NCBI GenBank assembly: GCA_024137785.1
Contig: JAHRHZ010000028.1
Span: 36,408,215 to 36,472,214 of the forward strand
Source of the DNA: Ginglymostoma cirratum
Taxonomy: Eukaryota
DNA length: 64,000 nt
Direction: 5' to 3'
Every line of letters starts with the position of its first letter. The stretch's first letter is position 1. Shown here in pieces: positions 53,810 through 64,000 of this stretch. Under the pieces are notes generated by a model. That model ran no database searches. It saw only the letters and a program-made list of their open reading frames with translations, and had not been told where the DNA came from. Made by a program: the position numbers and the translations under genes.

Positions 53810-54160
53810 TTAAATTCATTCATGGGATGAGGGCATTGCTGGCTGCCCAGCATTTAGTGCCCATCCCTAATTGCCCAGAGGGCAGTTGAGTTGCATCTGT
53901 TGTCCTGGGTCTGGAGTCACAAGTAGGCCAGATGCAGCAAGGATGTCAGTTTTCTTCTCTGAAGGATATTAGCGAACTAGATGGGTATTTTTGTGATGAC
54001 TGACAATGGATTCATGGTCATGATTAGATTCTTAATTCCAGGTTCATATTGAATTCAAATTCCACCATTTGCTGCAGTGGGATTTGAACTTGGGTTCCCA
54101 GAAAATTGCTTGGATCTCTGGATTAATAATCCAGCAATTGTGCTAATAGGCTGTTGCCTG
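53810..54160 (-). mobile_element. tRNA-derived SINE (same family as 620 and 24495)
   Basis: gcccatccctaattgccc...gaattcaaattccaccatttgc...gggatttgaac (B box on the minus strand). Confidence 0.7.
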
Positions 54161-54830
54161 CCGTGGAGAAGTGTCCCTATTTTGAGGGTCAACTTGAGGC
54201 TTTCGTTCGACAGAATGAGTCTGTCCAACTAACTTTTAGTGACGGGAGTCCCACATAATTAGTTGTTGAAAGCTCATAGGGTTTGAATCATGGGATTGCG
54301 CAGCTCAGGATTTGCCTGAAGGAGAGGTGCGCCAAGTCCCACTCCCCCGTGCTTTACTGTGCTGCTGTAAATTAATAGAATCATTATGGTCACCAACCAT
54401 TTCCTTGTGATCGCCGACTCAAAATTCTAGAATCTGGTTCCCCTCGGCACTTTAGGATGAGACTCATTGCTGTTTGCAGGCAGTTAAGAGTGGGGTAGTA
54501 AAGGAGGCAGATAAACATTTTTGAAAAGGGGTTGGATAATTAGCTGAAGGGGAAATGATTGCTGGACTTTGGAGGAAAGAGCAGAGGAGAGAGTCTAAAG
54601 AACTCGTACAGCCCTACTCTGTGTGCTTCAACAAAATGTTTACTAGTGATGTCTGTATCCTGAGATTGGATAGTAGACATAAAAGGCTTTTCAGCTGTGA
54701 GTGAGCTGACCATGTTGGTCAGATGCAGACTGCATTGTAGTAGCCCAGAGCCAAGGAAGCTTTCGCCTTTGTCTCAAACCCCTTATAATGGGGCCAGCTT
54801 CTCAGTAATTCTCCTATTTTTGTGTGACAG

Positions 54831-55040
54831 AGGATCAGCGTGACTCCGGTCGGGATGAGAATTCTGAAGCTGCAGAGAATGGTCCCTCTGGGATAAATCA
54901 CGCGGATCTTGTGAACAAATCTCTGCAGGGTCACACCCCAGCAGAGTCCCCACAATCCTATGACATTGTTCTACAGCGGAAGGAGACCGAAGGTTTTGGC
55001 TTTGTCATCATCACCTCGAAGAACAGACACCCCACCATGG
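54831..55040 (+). CDS. MAGI3: MAGI3-like exon 15 (linker and PDZ4 start)
   Basis: tgacag| ... |gtgag; 210 nt; ...[23 protein letters not shown]. Confidence 0.92.
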
Positions 55041-55699
55041 GTGAGTAAGGTGGTGGTTGCTAACGGAGACAGGCAGTCAGGATGCGCAGGCTTAGTCAGA
55101 TCCGTTCAGCACAAAATAACATCAGTTCTTTGGGCTTTGCAGCTCACTGGGCTAGGGGTTCCCCACACAGTCTGTCTCTCTGGAGTATGGATCCCATACA
55201 TGCTGTCCCACAGATTGTCTCACTGGACTGTGGGTTTCACAGACACTGCCAGCCCCAGGGGGCTGTGGGCTCCACTGCAGTGACTGCTAGTCTAATGTCA
55301 TTCTTTCACAATTGAAACTATTCTCTTGTTGGCTATTTGGGCATGTAGGCATTACAGTGAAAATCCAACCCTGTCCAGCAGTGTCAGTGGTGGGTTATCA
55401 GGTGTAGGAACCTAACTGACCTGTATGGTTCATTGTTCCCCACACAACCTCATCTACATCTGAGGCGGTAGATGCAGGTTAGTTAAGTCGCTGTAGGAGC
55501 AAATAACAGCAGATGCTGGAATCTGAACTGAAAGCAGCAAATGGCTGTTGGGTTATGTAATAGTTGATAAAACAGTCCAGTCACTTCCTGCATAAAGATT
55601 CCAACAACAGAGCAGTGATTAATTGAAAAGTCCTCTTCATGATCATACATTTTGAACATCTGAATTTAGAGCATTCAATCCCTTTAACTTATTCCGCGA

Positions 55700-55918
55700 T
55701 TTAATTCTTTACTCAGAGTAGAGTAGTAAGGGCATGGAATGCCTTGCCTGCAGCAGTTGTAGACTCTCCAACTTTAAGGGCATTTAAATGGTCGATGGAT
55801 AAACATATGGATGATAATGGAATAGTGTAGGTTAGATGGGCTTCAGATTGGTTTCACAGGTCAGTGCAACATTGAGGGCCGAAGGGCCTGTACTGCGCTG
55901 TAATGTTCTATGTTCTAT
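55700..55918 (+). mobile_element. CR1/HER1 3' end fragment
   Basis: gagggccgaagggcctgtactgcgctgtaatgttctatgttctat tail. Confidence 0.8.
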
Positions 55919-56256
55919 TAATAAGATGATGCCTTATCTGTTTGTGTTCAGGATTCCCATCTATTTCTAATGTTCTTAATTGTTGGGAAGGGAATCAGCT
56001 TACTTCCACCTCTAAAATATTCAATGACCTGCCTGTTCTACCGCTGAAGTCAACTGTTCCAAAGTTGCACAGACCTCTAAGAAAACATTCGGCTGATCTG
56101 TCTTGAAAGTATGATCCCTAATTTTACCACACTGTTCCCTAGTTTTGAGATGACCCACAAGAAGAAACATGCTTTCCACACACACCTTGTCAAGACCATT
56201 CAATATGTGCAACTCCTGCTCTGTCCCCATCCTTGTAAAATTGTTGTATTCCACCT

Positions 56257-56285
<29 letters not shown>
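56257..56285. repeat. poly-C tract (29 nt)
   Basis: read directly from the sequence. Confidence 0.9.
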
Positions 56286-56287
<2 letters not shown>

Positions 56288-56534
56288 CAACTCAGGTTTT
56301 ACTACCCCCACGTTTGTGTGGGGAGTGACAAGGAACCAGAAACTCACCACTGTCTCTCCCTACTTGGAGGACAATTGGGGCAAGCAAGTCCCCAGGCCAT
56401 CAGATGTTGAATTAACAAAATTCTTCAGAGGAAAGATGCCCACAATCTTCAGATATATTTGCAGATTATGAAGGTAAAAATACTGAACTAGTTCTTGACT
56501 AAACGCACACAGCAAAGAAACGCAGCCTTGGAGT

Positions 56535-58075
56535 CAACAACAAAAACAGAAATTGCTGGAAAAGCTCAGCAGGTCTGGCAGTATCTGTGGAGATGGAAAG
56601 AGAGTTAACATTTTGGTTCCAGTGACCATTCGGAACTGATGGTAGCTTGGAAAATGTTGGTTTTTATGCAGAAGATAGGGTTGGGGGTGCGGGTAAGGAG
56701 TAAATGATAGGTGGAGTCCAAGGAGAGAGAAGGACAGTTGGACAGACAAAGGGGTGAATTTCGATAGGGCTAGCAGGATGAATGGCTAATGGGGACTGTT
56801 AGTGGCTAACAATGGGTAGTGTGTAAAAGCAGACCATCTGATAACAAGGCCTGGTGTGTGGGTATTGTGGTGGAGACATGGGAGAAGGTCCCTCAAGCTC
56901 GAATATTGTTGAACCTGACATTGAGTCCAGAAGGCTGTAGAGTTCCTAAGCAGAAAACAAGATGCTGTTCTTGCAGTTTGCACTGAGCTTCGCTGGAACA
57001 CTGCAGCAAGCCTGAGACTGAGATGTTGGCCAGGGAACAAGGTGTGTTGAAGTGGCAGGCAACTGGAAGCTCAGGGTCTTTTTTGCAGACAGAATGTAGG
57101 TGTTAGGCAAAGTGGCCACCCAGTCTGCATTTTGTTTCCCAAAAGTAGAGAAGAGCACGTTGTGAGCAGCGAATGCAGTAGACTAGATTGTGGGAAGTGC
57201 TGGTAAAGCACTGCTTCATATTGAAGATGCGTTTGGGTTCTTGGATATTGAGGAGAGAGGAGGTAAATGGACAAGTGTTACATCTTTTGTACTTGCAGGA
57301 GACGGTGCCATGCAGCTGTGTGTTTCTGGGAGTTTGGGCGAGGTGGGGGGTGTGGATTAGTGAGTGAGGGAGGAGTGAACCAGTGTCTCCCAGAGGGAAT
57401 GGTCCTTGTGGAAGGCTGGAAAGGGAGGGGAGGCGAATATCTGTCTGGAGGTGGCGGAAATGGCAGCTAATAATCCTCTGGATGTGGATTTTGGTGGGGA
57501 TGGTAAGTGAGGACAGGGGGGACCCTATGGCTGTTGTAGGAGGGAAGAGAAGAGGCGAAGGCTGAAGTGCAGGAGATGGGTCAGACCTGGCTAAAGAACC
57601 TGTCGTCTACGATGCTGGGGAATCCTCGGTTGAGGAAGGTGGGCATTTTGGAGGGGTCCTTGTCTAAGTTGGCATCACTAGAACAGATGCAATGGAGACT
57701 GGGAGAATGGAATAGAGTCTTTACAGGAAGCAGAGTGTAAGGATGTGTAATCGAGGTGACTGTCGGAGTTGGTGTGTTTGTGGTGGAAATTGGTGGCCAG
57801 TCTATCCCTGGAAATGGAAACAGGTGTCGAGGAAAGGAGGAGTCAGAGATGAACCAGGTAAAGGTGAGGGCGAGGGGAAAATTGGAAGCAAAGTTGAGAA
57901 ACTTTCTCGATTCTGGATGAGAGGAAAGCAGCACTGATCATATTTCCAATATATTGGAGAAAAAGTTGTGGGTGGGGACCAGAATACGACTGGAATAGGG
58001 AATGTTCCATGTGCCCCACAGAAATACGGGCATAACTGGGGCCCAAGCAGGTACCCATGGCCACCCCTCTGACCT
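56535..58075 (-). mobile_element. Penelope-like retroelement (RT C-terminal half, GIY-YIG, family B pLTR), decayed
   Basis: AMGTCLGPSYARISVGHMEHSLF...FLQYIGN (PLE RT AMG..GPSYA / RYIDD region); NLVYCIRCSQ..LLY..ETK (GIY-YIG); ends in the family B terminal repeat. Confidence 0.88.
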
Positions 58076-58397
58076 GAACAGCCTTAAACTAATTGGAATA
58101 AAAATAACCAAAACAGAACAGATAATATTCACTACAATGATTGCTGGCACCCAACTGCGGATGATTGAAGCCCAAATGGAGATATGTAATGTTAATGCAG
58201 CTCCCTCACACTATCACTCAACAACATGGTTTGTCTTACTAACTGAGCAGCAACAGAAATACAGTCCTGTCTTTGTTACCTCTAAACTCAACTATGCCAG
58301 TGCAAACCTGGCAGGTCTCCCACCACTCTCCCCACCAAACCCCTGATGGTTTTACCCTTATTTTGGACCCCTAAATCAGTGCTCCGAATCTCATTAA

Positions 58398-58667
<270 letters not shown>

Positions 58668-59410
58668 TGATCCTTGTGACTTGTGTGACACGCAGCCTCG
58701 AGAGCAGCAGTTTAAGTTGCAGATCTCGGTTAATCTGCGAGTATCAGCCATTGCATCTCAGGCTGTGATTTAGAAGTCATTCAACAGTGAGATGACAGCA
58801 CTAAGTACCTTCCCCGAAACCCACACTCCGTGTAATTGAAATGGGACAAATCGGTGACTAGGAAATGTCCAAATGCATGGGACTGAGTTTCTTTGGGTTT
58901 CGGACCTGGATTATTGATTTAATGATAACTAATTCTAGAAAGAGTCACCTTTGTTACTTAATCTTTCATAACAAGGGGATGTAAACTTGACGTTTTAATT
59001 TGGTGAGAACTGTAAAGAACTTGAAATGAATTTACTTGTAAATAAACATTGGAAAATATTTGGTAAGATTTTAGGGTTGGATTCCAAAGACTAAGTTACA
59101 GTTGCAGGTCTGATTGTAACTGGTTTCTGTGGTTATCAAGATCATGTGATGGTACTTTGAACCTTGGACACAATAGTTGTTTGCTTGTTCTTAAGTCATG
59201 GTTGGCAGAAGCTGGGTGTGGCTTACAGCTCTGACAGTGCTTGTGCCAACGTAATCCTTTTGAAGGGAGTCTTGCTGAGCCATTGTGACCTGCCTTGCTT
59301 TTCCCTACACAATGTAGTCATTGCAGTTTGCAAAGCTAGTTTTTTATGATGCTCCTCAGGTTTTGAGAGATGTTGGTGTCTAAGGAGTAAACAACATCCT
59401 CTAGATGCCA

Positions 59411-59496
59411 GAGGAAGGGTCTAGGCCCGAAACGTCAAGCTTTCCTGCTCCTATGATGCTGCTTGGCCTGCTGTGTTCATCCAGCCCCACACCTTG
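59411..59496 (+). mobile_element. short family A element with 11-bp TSD
   Basis: tctagatgcca at 59400-59410 and 59497-59507; gaggaagggtctaggcccgaaacgtc. Confidence 0.85.
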
Positions 59497-60565
59497 TCTA
59501 GATGCCAAGTCAGGGTTATCACAACCAGAAGCAAGAAAGGAAAAAGTTGTGTTCAGGTGATATGTTTCATATGCTCAAGGTATTCTAAACTAGTTGATGG
59601 CCAATGATGCACTTTCAAAATACGGGAGAATGGTGGGCAACAGTGTCCTCCAAACAGACCACAATACACAACAGATGATGTTGTTTTTGTGATGCTGGTG
59701 GAGGGCGAAATATTGTCCAGGGGGACAAAGTAACTTCCTGCTCATCTTTGACCGGTTGCTGTGGGATTGCTTGTTAATGCCTGCCTGAGAAAGGACCTGT
59801 TTAACATTCGTTCAAGACAGCAGCTCCAAAAGAATAACACTTCAGTACTGCTCTGAAATGTCAACCTGGGTGATGTGCTGAAATTTCTGGATAGGCATTT
59901 GAATTTGAGCCTTCACAGAAAATTCCAAAGCGTGCAACCTTGGCTCCACCCGAGTACTGTCTGCTGCTGTTTTGAAGGCATTGTTCCCACGTTGTATACT
60001 GGCCATTCTAGGCTCTGTCTGAGTGATAAGGCCAAATCAGGCCTTATCCTGTTTGGGATAGATTTGAATTGAATGTTTTATTGTCATATGTATTTGATGT
60101 AAAATGCAGTGAAAAGTTGATACAGTTGCCCTGCATTGGCACCATTCTCATTAACTTAAAATAAAAAGTTTTCTGCTGGTAAAAACTGGATTGAGGGGTC
60201 TTCATGGGACCCTTGGAACCAGACAGAGGAGGCGCCCCTTCATTCGCAGTGGGACTGGAATCAGGTTCCTGAGGTGACAAACTGGTGCCTTAACCAACTT
60301 AACCTGATGAGCCACCAGAATGAAGCTTGGCTGTGCAATGCAGTGCAGCTTGTTGAGAATTAATACCCTTCTGCTGAGAAGTCCTTGTCTCTTGTTCCCT
60401 GGATTCTAACCTGGGTTTGGAATGTGGGGCTTTTCACTGACCAATCTCTCACCTTTCCTGTCAGGTGTGTAAGCTCCTGACAGCTGCCTCCTGTAGTTAT
60501 GGGGTAGTAAGCTCACAGGAGCTAACAATCATTTAACTTGTTGACTTTTGTCTTTTTCCTTTGAG

Positions 60566-60674
60566 ATGTGACTGGCCCCCCATCAGGAGACAGCTCGGCG
60601 AGACAGAGCCCAGCCCTGCAGCACAAACCCATGGTGCGGACCCCAGCATTACCCAGTCCAGTGGCTGACAACAG
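60566..60674 (+). CDS. MAGI3: MAGI3-like exon 17
   Basis: ctttgag| ... |gtgag; 109 nt; [23 protein letters not shown], compare MAGI3 [20 protein letters not shown]. Confidence 0.88.
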
Positions 60675-60974
60675 GTGAGACTACAAGCTGGCTGTAAGGA
60701 TGTTCCAACTGGGTGATGGCAAAGGCCAGGAAGAGGAAACAGTTTGGGGGAGTATTGTGGGGGTGGGGGATGGTGATGGGAGAAAGGCCTTCTTTAACTG
60801 AAGCAGGCGTAGAGTAAATGAGGCTTGCCTCTAAAGCCTCTGTGATTGTTCTTTCCATTTCCTGGCAATGAATTCTGCATCGAGGGAGGCAGAAAGTGGG
60901 AAATTATTGATGCTATGGTAAATGTGTGTGGGAAAGGAGGGCCCTCCTGGCTCATTAAATTCTCTGTTTAACAG

Positions 60975-61128
60975 TAAGTCAGATGGAGATGAAAAGAGCA
61001 GTGGGCAGTCTACAGGTTGTGACTATGCGAAACCTCCACCTCTGGACTACAGACAGACTCCGTCTGAGCAGTACCATCAGCCCACACCCGACAGAGAGAC
61101 ATGGGCTGCCGGCAGCAGACTCTCCCAG
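60975..61128 (+). CDS. MAGI3: MAGI3-like exon 18 (PDZ4-PDZ5 linker)
   Basis: ttaacag| ... CAG|gtac; 154 nt, phase 2-0 fits its neighbours; ...DYAKPPPLDYRQ...GSRLSQ. Confidence 0.82.
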
Positions 61129-61283
61129 GTACAGCTGAAACTGGCTCTTTTACTGTCGTGCAGGTGGACAGGGAAGTTTTGGTTCAGTGTTTGAGGCCTC
61201 TCTAATATGAAGTTTTTCTTCCAAATCCCATTAACCTGTAACCTCCCCAAGCTCTTCTGCTGAGAACACAGATGGCTTCATCT

Positions 61284-61585
61284 GGGCAGCACCTTGGCTC
61301 AGTGGTTAGCACTGCTGCCTCATGGCGCCAGGGACCCGGGTTCAGTTCCACCCTCGAGCGACTGTCAGTGTGGAGTTTGCACATTCTCCCCGTGTCTGCA
61401 TGGGTTTCATCCAGGTGCTCCGGTTTCCTCCAGTCCAAAGTTGTGCAGGTTAGATGGATTGGCCAAGAGAAATACAGGGCTACAGGGATAGAATACGAGA
61501 GTGGGTCAGGGTGGGAGATACTCAGTCAATGTGGACTCGATGGGCCAAATGGCCTGATTCCCTATTGTAGGGATTCTATGAATTC
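61284..61585 (+). mobile_element. HE1-type (V-)SINE
   Basis: A box tggctcagtgg, B box ggttcagttcc, V-domain gtgtggagtttgcacattctccccgtgtctgc, tail gggattctatga. Confidence 0.9.
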
Positions 61586-62622
61586 ATCACTGTTAGTGTA
61601 TTCAAGCCTTGGAATCCTTTATTCTGCACTGTGTAAATGTGATTCCTCAGTGAAACTTCCCAAAGAAAGATTCAGAAGCAAGGAAGTTACATAAATTCAT
61701 AAATCCCTGGTTTGATCCTAATTGGAGTATTAGGGTAATTCTTGGCTCCATACTTTAGGAATGATGTCACACTTTGGGGAGGGTGCAGAGGAGATTTTAT
61801 TTGAAGGGTGAACAGATTCTGTGGAGAAGTTTGTATGGTTCCCCGTGGAGGAGAGAAGTTCAAGGGATTTTCAGAGAATGTTCAAATCATAAAGTTATTT
61901 TTACCCAATGAAAAGAAAGGGAAGCTACTTTCACTGGGGGAGAAACCAGAATTAGTGAAATTGGTTAAAAAAGATGTCGTGAGTCATTGTGATCTAGAAT
62001 GTACTGCATGTGAGGGTGCATGTGGAATAATTTTCAAAAGGAATTTGGATAAATACTTGGGGAGAGTTTTTTTTCCCCCAAGGGGCAAGAGCAGAGGAGC
62101 AACACTAATTGAATAACATCCTGAGAAAGATAGCACAACAATAATGGGCTGAAGGGCCACCTTGTGAACTCATTCTATTTTAACTATATTGTAGTTGTAA
62201 AGACAGCTTGACAGCACTGGAGCAATAATTCAGAACATTAAGTTCAAATGCTAAGCACTTTTAAGAATTTATTTTCACGTTTGAAAGTTTTTCCTCTTTA
62301 AGTCACTTTGTTAGTGATTGTGAAGCTGTCAGATTGTCATAAAATGCACTGGTTCCCTAATTTTTGAAGGAAGGAAATCTGCTGACCTTGCCTACTTCTC
62401 CACTTACGTGCCATTCCTGCCTCTTATCTGAGGTGGTTGACTTGTAACTGCCCTCTGAGCTGGTCTAATGGAGAATTAATGCCAGTGATAGCCATGTTCT
62501 GAGGGGATTTAGTCTGTATTTCAGCTGCACTATATCATGCAGTGAATTACTCGTGCTCCAGGGTTTCCAGATCTTGTTTGTTTTCCTTCTGTATCTAACC
62601 TTTTATGCGTGTTTCCAAATAG

Positions 62623-62766
62623 AACCCTGATTGCTTCTCTGTGGAACTGGAAAGGGGTCCCCGAGGGTTTGGTTTCAGTGTTCGTGGAGGCAAGGAATAC
62701 AACATGGGTCTCTTTATCCTCCGCCTGGCAGAAGGTGGTGCTGCATTGCTCGATGGCAGAATCCAT
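62623..62766 (+). CDS. MAGI3: MAGI3-like exon 19 (PDZ5)
   Basis: aatag| ... |gtaag; 144 nt; [48 protein letters not shown]. Confidence 0.95.
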
Positions 62767-63201
62767 GTAAGTGCCCCTTGTTAATCTTGCCTGGTAATGG
62801 AGGGGGGTGTCATGTCACTTGCTAAGCTTTGTATCAGTGGCATTTTATGGTAGTCCATTCATTGAGGTGATGTTACTGTGGGGCAGAGGAAAGAGAGCAG
62901 ATCACACCTTGCAGCGAATGCTGCCTTTTGTCACAAGCAAAGATGGAGTTTGGTGTGAGGAGACATAAGGAAGATGGCATAGAGGACATCACCTAACTGT
63001 GAAAAATGATGAGTTTTTTTTAAGATGCAGGAATAGGAAGCTTGCAGCACACCCTGCACCCACTGTCCAACATTCTCCATATCCCCACCTCATAGTGAGC
63101 TGCCTCTCTGCTCCCCTGATGCCTCTCCCTTTTTCTCCCCCGGCAGCCCTCGGCCACCACAGCCTGAGATGTGATTATTTTCTGTCCTCCTTCTCTTGCA
63201 G

Positions 63202-63340
63202 GTTGGTGACCAGATTGTTGAGATTAATGGTGAATCTACTCAAGGGATCACACACAAACGAGCCATCGAGTTGATTCAGTCTGGAGGGAGGAGAGCGCAC
63301 CTTGTGCTGAAGCCAGGCATAGGTCAGGTGCCTGACTTTG
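63202..63340 (+). CDS. MAGI3: MAGI3-like exon 20 (PDZ5 end)
   Basis: ttgcag| ... |gtggg; 139 nt; [46 protein letters not shown]. Confidence 0.94.
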
Positions 63341-63702
63341 GTGGGTTTCTCTATGAATCTTAATTTTCCAGACCAAATTCCTGTAATGCGTGAAGTGATG
63401 GGCAGTGGGAGTGGTGAAGAGAGTAATAGTAAAGTAGTAATTGTGCCCCCATTGCGATTCAAACCTAATTCCTGAAATGGGGCTAAATGCTGTTTCCTTT
63501 GTGGCAGTAATTGCTATAAAATTCTGTTTGAGACCTCTCTGAATCACTGCCCTCCCTCCACCCCTTCCCCTCAGCCTGTGTGTCTGTCTCTTCAGCCTAC
63601 TCTTGGCCACTGGCTTTGCAGAAATGTAATCTTCTGTGGAACTTATTTTTTATTCTCATAGTTACATTTAGTCCTAGGCTTCTCCCTCCTCCCCCTCTCT
63701 AG

Positions 63703-63752
63703 GAATGGCACCTTGCAGCCTCTCCACCTGTACGACACACGAGCAGCGTTGA
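63703..63752 (+). CDS. MAGI3: MAGI3-like short-isoform C-terminal (stop-containing) exon
   Basis: long pyrimidine tract then ctctag|; encodes GMAPCSLSTCTTHEQR*, resembling the recalled human MAGI3 short-isoform end GLAPSGLCSYVKPEQH*. Confidence 0.75.
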
Positions 63753-64000
63753 GGCTTCCCACCTCCTCTCGTCTCTCCTGGGATCTGGTAAATCTGCATG
63801 TCTTTTACTTGGTTTTAATCAGACTTTCAAAACCTTGTTTTTGCAATTTTGATTCCATCATGACCCTCGCTTTTTCTCCCTCCCTCCCTGTCACCTTCTG
63901 GGGGGCTTTCGACGGTGAACCAGGCAGCTGTCACCAATTGTGCAGCTTTGAATCTGACCACAATTTCAGGATTTAATATGAGCACTGACTAACTTGCAAA

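Noticed and set aside
56021-56471. Poly-Pro / poly-Gly ORFs
   Set aside because: They arise from the C29 homopolymer and are not coding.

Overview
This is vertebrate genomic DNA, almost certainly from an elasmobranch (shark), judging by its HE1/V-SINEs, DeuSINEs and CR1/HER1-type LINEs. It is not microbial. The window holds most of one spliced gene on the + strand, a MAGI-family scaffold most similar to MAGI3. I could splice 20 coding exons (equivalent to exons 2-21) by hand into one open frame of about 1,030 codons: GK-like domain, WW1, WW2, PDZ1-PDZ5 and a short stop-containing C-terminal exon. Exon 1 and the long terminal exon were not found in the window. The introns are filled with CR1 LINE fragments, a second CR1-group LINE with a partner SINE, HE1 SINEs, DeuSINEs and at least four families of Penelope-like element (PLE) sequence. 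The most unusual signals are: (i) many short PLE-terminal insertions, flanked by target-site duplications (TSDs), that carry minimal hammerhead-ribozyme cores, some folded back on themselves; (ii) one such insertion that captured a perfect 51-bp copy of host intron from 1.4 kb upstream; (iii) candidate in-frame microexons and non-canonical splice sites in the MAGI gene. Family assignments and comparisons with human proteins come from motif recognition and recall, not database searches. Repeat boundaries are approximate.
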